NCBI GenBank assembly: GCA_951406725.2
Contig: OX597819.1
Span: 108,686,001-108,750,000 of the forward strand
Length of the DNA: 64,000 bases
Source of the DNA: Octopus vulgaris
Taxonomy: Eukaryota
Direction of reading: 5' to 3'
Position numbers and translations under genes: made by a program. Shown one piece after another: positions 1 to 11,400 of this stretch (position 1 is its first letter; each line of letters starts with the position of its first letter). The notes beneath the pieces are model-generated. The model saw only the letters and a program-made list of their open reading frames with translations. It did no database searches and was not told the DNA's origin.

Positions 1-215
1 TGAGGAAAACTATGTTCACCACATAGTGATTGACTATAAATCAAATAACCAATGCTGTTAGTATATCCCATGAGAGAGTTGAGAATATTCTGCACTATGA
101 ACTTGGCATGATAAAGCTTTCTGCTTGCTGGGTACCATGTCCTCTGACGCCTGATCAAAAGCACACCAGACTGATTACATCAGGAAAATCTGACATTGTT
201 TAAAGCAGATCCAAC
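1..215 (+). mobile_element. Decayed mariner transposase fragment
   Basis: Translates to LTINQITNAVSISHERVENILHYELGMIKLSACWVPCPLTPDQKHTR (HTH plus WVP-x-x-L mariner motif); frameshifted and truncated. Confidence 0.75.
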
Positions 216-1014
216 TCTCTCTTTGATCTGTCTTGCAAAATGATACATTTGAAATGTAGTCCAAGATATGTCTGGATGAAAAACAGGGTGCTCACGATAG
301 AAGGTCCTTGGTCATAGGTCTGCTTGATTAGGGCTGACCTTGGGCTAAAGAACACCAACACTAATCCCCATAATGTAGTTTGGACATTTTCTTGCCCAGT
401 TTATGTTCTATTTTCTGAAGTTAGTAAAACAAAGTTGTGTATATTTCAATGAAGGGTTAGAGGTAACAGATGTCAAACAATGCAAACGAAGGAGTAACTT
501 AAGTCTTATAGCAGCCAAATCTCCCTCAAACCACCTCTTACCATCTTTAAAATGGACACAATGGTTAATGCTGTGCTTGTAAACGAAAAGATGTAGTGGT
601 CAATAATGGAACGCTTCAGATCAAAGACCTGGTTATTCAGTGTTAGCCTGAAGTTAACAACAATATATGTAACGTTGAATATCTGCGAGTTTTCGAATAT
701 TCTTCTTTGTGGGTGGAGATGAAATACGGCAGAGTGAGAAAATCAAGAGTTTTTAAAATAGTTGTCATTTAGTCTCCGGCCAGCCTTCATGTAACAAACA
801 TATGATAAAAGACTTTCCAACCATGACCATCTTTTTTTTTTATTCAGACTTAGTGTATACAGAACTTATCCAGAGTGTTATTTCATAAGAAAGTTTTATG
901 TAATTTGAGGGAGGCTTAACTGCTCTTTCTAGCAATTCCCTCGCTGGTTCGGTCTTAAGCCTAATCAAGATAATTTATTGACATAACAACACTATTTTAA
1001 GCAAATGCACTTAC

Positions 1015-1059
1015 TTCCATCGGCCCGAGAAGTAAAACTTTGGCTTTGAACATCGACAT
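1015..1059 (-). CDS. IFT22: First coding exon of intraflagellar transport protein 22 (RABL5-like GTPase); the gene continues left of the window
   Basis: Minus strand gives MSMFKAKVLLLGPME followed by a perfect GTAAGT donor (1014-1009). This resembles the human IFT22 N-terminus MLKAKILFVGPCE(SGKT) as I recall it. An RFX X-box lies just upstream. Only 15 codons are visible. Confidence 0.7.
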
Positions 1060-1084
1060 GGTTTTTTTTTGGTGTGGTTGATGT

Positions 1085-1097
1085 GTTACCTGGTAAC
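1085..1097. promoter_or_regulatory. RFX X-box (GTTACC-T-GGTAAC)
   Basis: Perfect palindrome fitting GTNRCC-N0-3-RGYAAC, about 25 bp upstream of the IFT22-like ATG; X-boxes are typical of ciliary genes. Confidence 0.7.
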
Positions 1098-1329
1098 CAG
1101 GCTCCTGGTACTACTGCCGCCCTCTCTTGGCAACACATTACACTAGCAGTAATAAATATCATCTGCGATGCGGTGGATCAAATATACCAATATATAAATA
1201 CATTTTTTACAACTATTTTGCCACCAATTTTATTTACACGTTACCAAAAAAAGTACATTTCTTAGGATTGAATTATGTTTAATAAAAAGCAAAAAAATCT
1301 AGCTATGTGGGTTCGTTTCTTTTCACTAG

Positions 1330-1442
1330 ACGAAGCTGAATAAATATTACACAGGAACTAGACACCGTTTACACGTGGACGGTTACTCGTTTTATGGGAA
1401 CGATGGCGGGATTTCTGATATAAATATTGACATTTTTGGTTT
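1330..1442 (+). other. BRIP1: Putative non-coding first exon / promoter of FANCJ (5' boundary uncertain)
   Basis: CpG-retaining region with CACGTG (1372-1377), E2F-like GGCGGGATTT (1405-1414) and a GTAAGT donor at 1443. The ATG exon has its own acceptor at 2991/2992, so an upstream exon is expected. Confidence 0.45.
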
Positions 1443-2378
1443 GTAAGTAGATTTATAAGAATCGGCACTTGAATTTATTAACTTCTCTCTTCAAACTATC
1501 TCACCTGTTTTGCATTCATTTACTTTGTAGCTTTTAATGTATTCCATTACAAACCTAAACTAAAGAAGAGCGCAAGTACGCAATCGAATTAAGATAATCT
1601 TTAATAAGTAAACATTCAAATGATAAATAAATATGTCTTTTTCTTAATAGAATTAAGGACAGTGTGATTTTAATGAAGCTTTATGACTATTGTGGTTTCT
1701 AAATTTCAGTTTACTAATATGCACCAACTGTTATGTTAATTACGTTTTCTCGTGAAACGACTGTGTGCTTCGCTTCTTGCATGTTTTAGATTTGCTGTCG
1801 AAACAAAATGACTACCGCTTGCGTTACTTGTTAAACATTTTCTTTTCTTATTTTCTCTTTAAAACATTGTATTCGATTGCTTCGGACAATCTGAAAGCGA
1901 AATAACTAGTTTCTCTGGAATTGTTCAGTTTCCCCCGATTTTTCACAAGAAAAAAAAAATGTCTTTCGGTGAATACTAAAAATGTTGACTTGACTTTAGT
2001 AAGACACACCGATTGATAAATATATCATTTTGCCTTTTAGTTCCTAACTTTTAAACTTGAAGAGAGTCTACGTATCCGTTTTATACTGACTGACACTGCA
2101 CGATCTTGTTTGAATTATCTATCGATCAGTTCACTGTATTGCCAGAAATCACTTCCTGTTTGACTACTGCTAAGAGGTGATGCTGAAATTGACGAACATT
2201 TGGTTAGTTTCCACTCTTGAAATCAAGTCCCTTCATGCAAGCCAACAAGGGAAATTCTATGTAGTTGCCTTTTCCTTTAAGCCATACCTTATTGTCTCAA
2301 AAGAAGAAGAGCAATGCAATCCTACATGCATGTAGTTGGGCTGATCACAGCTGAGATATCGTTTTCGATCATAGATCT

Positions 2379-2606
2379 TATTTCTTTACTGCCCACAAGG
2401 GGCTACACACAGAGGGGACAAACAAGGACAGACAAACGGATTAAGTCGGTTATACCGATCCCAGTGCATAACTGGTAATTATTTAATCGACCCCGAATGG
2501 ATGAAAGGCAAAGTCGACCTCGGCGGAATTTGAACTCAGAACGTAGCGGCAGATGAAATACTGCTAAGCATTTCGCCCGGCGGGCTAACGTTTCGGCCAG
2601 CTCGCC
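2379..2606 (-). mobile_element. tRNA-derived SINE, family B (central GCCTTTCATCC..GGGGTCGATAAA block), young copy
   Basis: Pol III A/B-box-like head; AGATCT duplication on both sides; many further copies in the window. Confidence 0.8.
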
Positions 2607-3017
2607 AGATCTGTTCAATCAAAATTCTTTGCATAGATCTGAAGAAAGTTCTAGGTCATCCTTGATTGTATGGACCTGTGATCAGAAGTATTCCAACCAT
2701 GACCATTCCATTTTTTCTAGTACTTTTCCCTGACGCTGTGCAATCAGGACAGTAGGGTGGGATTTGAAAGAAATTTGATTGTTGTTTCAAGCAGATCAGT
2801 AACTACTTAGGTGCTCTCGTTATCTTGAACACAGTTACACACACACACACATTTATATATTAAAAGCTACATGTTCAAATACAAATATGAATATCAGCAA
2901 TGTGCTAGGATTCGTATGTAAGCTTTGTGGGGACCTGTTTACTTGTGATAATTATTTACTAATACAGAAACATGTTTTTGTTTTCATCAAGGTTTCTGGC
3001 TCTTTCTGTCAGCAACA

Positions 3018-3107
3018 ATGGAAAGCACGGAGGTGTATCATATTGGGGGTCATAAGGTTATGTTCCCCTTTAAACCTTACCCTTCCCAGTTTGATATGAT
3101 GAATAAG
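3018..3107 (+). CDS. BRIP1: FANCJ coding exon 1 ([30 protein letters not shown])
   Basis: Acceptor at 2991, ATG at 3018, donor GTAAGA at 3108; contains the Q motif. Confidence 0.93.
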
Positions 3108-6100
3108 GTAAGAAATCAACTCAAACACTTTCGTTGTTACTTTTCTATAGGTTGTTCTTAAGTGTTTTAATAAATTCTGCATTGTGTATATATAAATGTC
3201 TATGTATTAGTTGTTTAACCCCTAGCTTGTTCAGAACAAGGAGACCTGTGAGCATAGACATTACAGTTACTTTCATCCCAACTTTTTAGGTAGGAAACAC
3301 TAGACGTTGTAGTCTGCATCATCTGACCTTTCCTACCATTTTAAATAGGAAGCATCTAATGTTTCCTTGTGTCCTTCACTTATTTATGGTAGTCCAGTGT
3401 GGTTTATGGGAGATATGATGACTATTTCTAGCAAGTTAAGCAACTGAGATGTTCCTTCGAGTTGCTTTATTTACATATGTGTCATCATCATCATCATCAT
3501 CACCATCGTTTAACGTCCGTTTTCCATGCTAGCATGGGTTGGATGGTTTGACCGGGGTCTGGGAAGCCAGGAGGCTGCACCAGGCTCCAGTCTTATCTGG
3601 CAGTGTTTCTACAGCTGGATGCCTTTCCTAACGCCAACCACTCCATAAGTGTGGTGGGTGCTTTTTACATGCTTATAATTCCTTAGAATTTACTTATGTC
3701 AGTCTACCTAACTGTAAATAGATCCTATCCTACTACTTCCTGCTACACACACTGTACAATGTCACCTTCAAACATTGTACAATGTGACATACATTATGTC
3801 TATATGTAGTGTTGTTTAGCTCCTGGTCAGTTCTGGTCAAAGTGTCCCACCCTTGACCATCCCATTATTTGACAATTTTTCCAGAATAACATTATCCTCA
3901 GTGTCCTTTTTAAATTATAAAGTGTGATTTGAAAGAAATTTGCTATTTTCTTTAGTAGGTCTGAGTATGTATACAGAGGCTTGTTTGTTGGGTTATAGTG
4001 TTTGGTGTTTGTATGTTTGTTGTTTATTTGAATTAATTTGTTGTTGTTATTTAAATGTATTTATTTTCATATAATTTCTGCTGGGGTCTGGTCCCCTTTG
4101 TCTCATTCCTTCTCAGATTCTTAGTGGATTGGACAAAAGACTAAACTGTCTCTTGGAAAGCCCTACTGGAAGTGGTAAAACACTCTCCTTGCTTTGTTCA
4201 AGTTTAGCTTGGCAGAAAACCGAAGCTGGTAAGATGATCCCCTTTTTTTTTTCTTGTGTATATATATGTCAGTGTAGTTTGACTCATTTATATAAGTGGA
4301 GTTCAGTGAGAAAATAGGATTTGTGTTTGTTTTGCTTTTGAATTACTCTCACTATTATAACATGACTCCTTACTTGATGAGTTTGAGTGGTCGCTCTTGA
4401 TGAGTAAACAAGACTTACTCTTTTCATGATTTACTTGAGAGCAGCTTTGTGAGATTTTAGAATTTATCTTCCTCTTAGCATGTTTGAGTGACTCTCAGTG
4501 ACAGAGTATGACTCTTTCCTCAATGTTTTTGAGTGTAGCTTGTTAAGACAGCAGGATTTATCTTTTTGTTATTAACATTATTTCATGTCAGTGGATTGGC
4601 AGAATCATTAGAGTGTTGGACAGAATACCTAGGAGTATTTATTCTAGCACTTTGCATTCTGAGTTCAAATCCCAACTTTGCTTTTCATCCTTCAGGTATC
4701 AATAACATACCAGTCAAGAAGTAATGTCAGTATAATTGACTGTTTCCTTTCCTTCAAAATTTCTGTCCTTATGCCTTTGTTAGAAACATTAACATCATCA
4801 TTATCATTAACATTATCGTTTTTTTTTCTTTGTTGCAGCTAAAATTGAAATATTGAATAAGGAAAACCAGAAAAGTAAGAATTATTTATATATTTTTTTA
4901 TATATTGTTGTACTAGTAGTAGGAGTAGAGACAGTCAAGAGGTTGCTGTTTCATATCCTATTAACTACATTGTGTTGTATCTCTGGTCAAGAAATTTAAT
5001 TCATAAATAGCTCAGTCCACCTACCTAAAAGTAGATACCACAGAGTAAGAACAGTTTTTGTTGTTGCTTAGCACTCGGTCATCTCTGATTAAGTAGATTG
5101 GAGGTTTTCCAATTATAAGCATCCCATTTTTGTCTTTTTGAGACTTGTCAACCTTCTTTAAGATCGTAAGGTGTCATATGAAGGAGATATGGTTGCTATT
5201 TCTAGCAAGAAGAGCGATCACTTAGAGAGCTTAAGCCTATGCTTGAGTAACAACTTGTACTAAGTCAGTGATTCTCAAACAGGATATATTTGCTCCTTGA
5301 GGATAAAAATCTATGTGGCAGGGCACAAATATGTCAGGACCTAAGAGAAGTCATACATACATTACATAACAGCAGAGAGATGCAGTGTAATGAAATCATG
5401 ATAAATTGCAGTGCTTGCTATATATACTGTTTTGCATGGGAGTAAAGGGATAAATTGCAAAATACATAAATTTGATGGAGTATAAATGACAGAAAGAGAT
5501 GAGAGAATCACTGTTGTAAGCAGTGGCTACAGTACTGTAAGCTTGGTAAGTAGTGCTGGTTTCAACTCCTCTTACAGGTAATAGAGCTTTGAGAGCTGTA
5601 GGTTCCATCAGGGTCATTTGCTTTAAGCGTCTTTGTACACTAGAGAGAGATTGAATCTGTATTGATTCAGAATGGATGCACCACTATCGGTATTGTTTGA
5701 CAATAGTGCTTTTAGAACATAGTGGTGACCATGGTGATTGGTGGTTGATATCTGTACTACCATGTAGTATAGATATCAACTGTAGTTACCACCCACTGCT
5801 GTCATGTCTATCAACCAGCCACTTCTGTACCAGCGTGACCTACTTCTATTCCATTACTGCCTACCATCATCATGTGTCAGTGCCATTATAATCTACCTCT
5901 GCTTTTCTAAATTAATGAGTGAAGCTCTGCATAATTGTTTTACTTGTTAGAAATAGCAGACAAATCTTCAGATCACATCCTTCTTAAAAAAGAAAAACAC
6001 ATTGAATAATATGATGTTATATACAGTGTTTCTAAAAGAAAGATAGGATAGTATTGGCTGAAATGCCTTTTGATCATCAGTCTACTTGATCAAGGTTGAC

Positions 6101-8420
6101 CTGGGGCTCAGCTAAATGGCAACCTCCATTGTAACTACCTAATTATCCATTATCACTACGTATCCATACATCAGTTTGATCTACCTCATGAACCACTATC
6201 ATGGCAACAGTAAAAACAGTTTCTTCTGTGTTTTAGTCTAGGCAACATGATCTGACTACCTACCACACTACATCCCATACAAGACCCCAATGCTAACTAA
6301 ACCTTACACAGTATGTCCTCACTAATACATTACTTCCCTCACAAACCAAATCGAACCCTGACAATTCCAATGTACACTTGTCATGGACTAATTGGGGTTA
6401 CTCAACAGTGATAAGGAAAAGCGATATATAAACAAGCCTAATTTCTTTTCTTCAGATATCTGTGAGTTTTGCTGGGATCCACATCGTTACCATCGTACAT
6501 ACCATCTCGAACCAAAACAGAAGACAAATAAAAAAACAAACTCTAAGAGTAAGTCATGTTTCTTTTGATTTTTTTATCAAATATTTTTCTCTCTTTTTTT
6601 TTCTTCATTTTAGTTTTTGTATAATCCCTGCCCTAACTTCCAAGGTTTGTGAACTTCATCTAATTTTCTTTTACGGCCAGTGGCTTGCTCAATTGAATTC
6701 AGTTCCTTATTCTTTGTTTGGGAGGCGCAATGGCCCAGTAGTTAGGGCAGCGAACTCGTGGTCAGAGGATCGCTGTTTCAATTCCCAGACTGGGCATTGT
6801 GTGTGTTTATTGAGCGAAAACACCTAAAAGCTCCACGAGGCTCCAGCAGGGGGGTTGGGGGTGGCGACCCCTGTTGTACTCTTTCGCGACAACTTTTTCT
6901 TACTCTCTCTTCCTACTTCTTGAGTAATGCTGTGATGGACTGGCATCCCGTCCAACTGGGGGGAAACATATACGCCACAGAAACTGGGAAACCGGACCCA
7001 TGAGCCTGGCTAGGCTTGAAAAGGGCAACATTATTCTTTGCTTGGGCACAGGTATTGGTATGTGGGTAAAAATTTTGCATCACAACCACATAATTCTGGT
7101 TTCAATCCTAGCACATGAAACCTTGGGCAATTTCATCTATGATTGCGTAACACATGAAAGTACTAGTTTCTTTCAATATTATAAAATTGTAAAAATTGCA
7201 AATGATAAAACATGAAAATCATACTTAATTGGAATTTCCTTGATTAATATATATATATATATATATATATATACCGGAGTAAACACATAAATGTGAAACA
7301 AGGTGGCAAAAAGAGTACTCAAATACCAGTGGTAGAGTAATATGCTTTATTTAAAGCAGCAGAAAATTCAACAAAACCTGTTACTCTGAGTTTCCCGGCA
7401 ACCAGGGTAACAGGTTTTGTGAACTTTTCTGCTGCTTTATATAAAGTATATATATATATATATATATATGAAACATCATTATTATCATTCTTATGTATAC
7501 TTTTGTTGACCAATGTTTTGTGAACGAAATTTTGTAGATGGAGACTGTAATAGCACAATGTGTTTATAAATCATTATCACCATCACTTAACGTCCACTTT
7601 TCCATGCTTGTATGGGTGAGACAGAATTTGTTAAGGCAGATTTTCTACAGCTAGATACCCTTCGTGTCAGCAACCCTCACCTATTTGCAAGCAAGGTAAT
7701 ATTTCCCAACACTGGGAAATATAAGTTTGGAAATGAACAAGATTGCCAATATGACAGCGATGCTCTTTTACATATCCTCACATGCTGCCAAGACAAGACT
7801 CCACACAGACACACACGCATACTTATATGTATGACGGGCTTCTTTCAGTTTCTGTCTACCAAATCTACTCACAAGGCTTTGGTTAGCCTGGAGCTGTAGT
7901 AGAAAACACTTGACAAAGAGGCCATGCAGTGGGACTGATCCCAACACCACATGGCTGGGAAGCAAGCTTCTTAACTTGTGCCAAAATGCGAATGTGTGTG
8001 TGTGTGTTTATTGTAGTAGCAGCTGAGAGAAAAGTTTTAAAAAAAAATTTTTTTTATGCCAACAAGAACTGTTAATAGTTACCAAAGAAAATTAAGTTAT
8101 GTGTATGTATAATTTCATTTCATCAGCTGAAACCCACACTGGCAACTAGTTACAGTTTTCTTGTGCGAAAAGGGCAGTTTTTCAGGTTGCCATATTAGAA
8201 TGAAGTTAAAAAAAAAAAGAAGCAATATTAACGTGAACACATTCTCATTGGTTTGCACAAATTTAATTTTCGTCTTGGATTTATACACAAGGATAAAATC
8301 AGGAACTTTCCGTAGTGAAAACAAGGGAGATTACTTTGGAGGGATTAAGTATGATGGGAGGTAATGCACATCTGAAAGTCAGAGAACAAGAAATTTGGCA
8401 TAGTTAATGTGAGATTGATT

Positions 8421-8464
<44 letters not shown>

Positions 8465-11400
8465 GAGCAACACACATGTATATAGTACATCTATTGCATA
8501 CATGTTTTTTGAACGCATGCATGTTCGTGTGTGTGTGTTGCCCATATATCAACAAAACACTTTTTTAACTCCTGTCTGCAAACAATGGTGATTTCTCTGA
8601 CTTGAAAATTGTTAAAAGTTTTGGTTGAAAATTAATTTTTACTGCTATTCGCTGGTGCCTCTGGGGAAAATAAGTTGACGAATGTCTTCCTAAAATTGGA
8701 GCGACATGCATGCTAATTTGTGGATGTGCATAAATTACATTCACGTACACGTACACACACACATCCTGCCTTTTATATATACAGATGAGCGTGGCCGTTG
8801 CCAGTACCGCTGGACTGGCCCTCATGCTGGTGGTACGTAAAAAGCACCCACTACACTCTTGGAGTCGTTGGCACTAGGAAGGGCATCCAGCTGTAGAAAC
8901 TGCCAGATCAGATTGGAGCCTGGTGCAGCCATCTGGCTTGCCAGTCAAACCATCTAACCCATGCCAGCATGGAAAGTGGACATTAAAGGATGATGATGGT
9001 AATGATCATCTTTTTAATGCTCCTTATAAGTATGTTATCTCTAACTATACATGCAGATGGTTTTTCCATGTCATTTAAAAAAAATTCTATTTCTATACTA
9101 GTCAGTCAATGTACAGTTTTGTTGTTTAGCCCCAAGCTAATTGTGATACAACAGATTTGCAATCACAGATTCCAACTGTGACCATCTTACCTTTTTAAGT
9201 TCATCTAAACTGCTTTATTCAATGTGTTCTTCCTGATTTGATGTTGATTTGACTATTTCTGGCAGATCAGGTAACCCTGTAGAGCTTCCATCATTGACTC
9301 ACTGTGTAATCTTGTACATTTACTTAATAATTCGTTCATCATTATATCAGTTTGTATAGTGAAGGGTATGCCTTACTGATGAGGTCAGAATAAGATCAGA
9401 ACCTATCTAGAGTTGTCTCCTATATTTGCTTAAAAAAATTAAATACCAGTAATAGTCATTAAACTCATTGCATTTTAATTTCTCAATAGTTTTTTTAATG
9501 CCCTGGACATTGAATATATTAACACTAATGCAACTGTTGTTATCTTACTGTTTCTATAGAACAGTGCAAGACCAGTATTGAGGAAGAGGAGACAACCTGT
9601 TGTAACAAGGAAGCTGATGTCCTAGAAAAGGCTGAGAAAACATCTTCACAACAAGATGATGATGATTTCAGAGATTTCTCAGAGATCGTAAAGGCACGAC
9701 ATACTGCACAGGTAAAGCACTGCTACCATTCTATCACACCTCAACATTTTCTGCTTCTAACCATCAACAACCAGTTTACAAAGGTTTATTGCAAAGTCAT
9801 CTCTATATTGTAGCTGGAAAAATTGTGATGTTCTTTTTAATCTTCTCTCCAATATTTAACTGCTGGACTGATTTGAAAGAGTTAATAGAATTTATTTAGT
9901 AGGAATGTGGCACAACTTAATCCAAGCACCCATTATTCAGTGATACCACAACACTGATAATTTTGCCACATCCCACTGTTAACTTCACTTACCACTTGTC
10001 TTCTTAGATAAAACACTACTTACCACAATCTACTTCTTTCTACAGCGATTGTGTTGTGTTTCCTTAAACAAAGCACTTTACTTACCATAATTTATGTAGC
10101 TGTATAACAGATACCACTGCAACCTGCTACACCCATTGTGTTATGTCTCCTTAAATGAGACACTATTGGCCATAATCTACCTTGCTTACATAAGAGGTAG
10201 CAATACTTCCTGCTAGAGCCATTGTGTTGAGTCTCTTCAGACAAAACACACTACTTATTGTAGTCTGCCTAGCTGTATAACTGATACCTCCATGTCCTGC
10301 TTCAACCATTGTGCTGTGTGCACTTGCCCAAGACACTCTATTACTGCAATCTACCCAGCTGTATATTAAGTACCTTCATTCTAAGCCATGTTATATCACC
10401 ACCAACTTTATTGACCCTTGTACTACTTAACCTCTACAGTTAAGAGACCACTGTGTGAATTGTACTCTTCATTTTGGAAGGGTACATATTCTATTAACAA
10501 GCCACAATACCAACTGTCTAGTAATTTAATTGACCATTACATTACCTTCACCACAACACTAACAAGCCAGTCACATTAACTGGCCACAATAGCAGCTGAC
10601 CAGTAATATCCATTAGCTACTGTATTCATTTGACCACAACATTAACTAACCAGTTGCATTAATTAGCCACAGTGCCAACTGACCCATGACATATACTAGG
10701 CATTACGTTAACCAACCATAATACTAATTACAACTACTAACCAACCAGTCAATAAATGACTACATCAAATTTTCAAAGACATGTATTTCAGAAGATAATG
10801 AGGATCTAGTAGGATACAGCATTAGATTTTATGAGGCAGTAGATCTTACCATGGATAGGGAGTGATGCCAAAAATGGGTGGCCAGTATTGAGTGCACAAT
10901 ATCACTTACTCTGTTACATAGAAATTAAAGAGGATGTTCAAGACAATGAACACCATCTAAGCAGTTATAAAAATGGACATAGCATACACAACATAGTCAC
11001 TGATAGAAACAAAAGCTAAATCACCATTAGACTACACCTTACCATTCACATGCTGGTGCCATATAAAAGCACTCCTTACATTCTGTAAAATGGTTGGCAT
11101 TAGGAGGAGCATCCAGCTGTTGAAACCATGCCAAAACAGACAACTGGAGCTGGTATAGCGCTCTGGCTTGCCAGCTCCTGTCAAACTGTCCAACCTATAC
11201 CAGCGTGGAAAGCAGATGTTAAATGATTATGATTCAATGCCATCATTTATAGCCCAATGTATTTTTACATCTGTAAGAGGAAAAATTTCCCCCGAGACTA
11301 TTTCCATAGTGAAAGGTCTTCCCATATTTGAGTTTACACAAATGTGTTAAATATCATTGTGCATTCATATAATAATAACTTCTTATAATTATAAGAACAG

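Noticed and set aside
9376-9415. Possible hammerhead ribozyme CTGATGA-GGTC..GATC-AGAAC
   Set aside because: The GAAA core is broken and stems I and III are not evident; at most a decayed Penelope-like relic.
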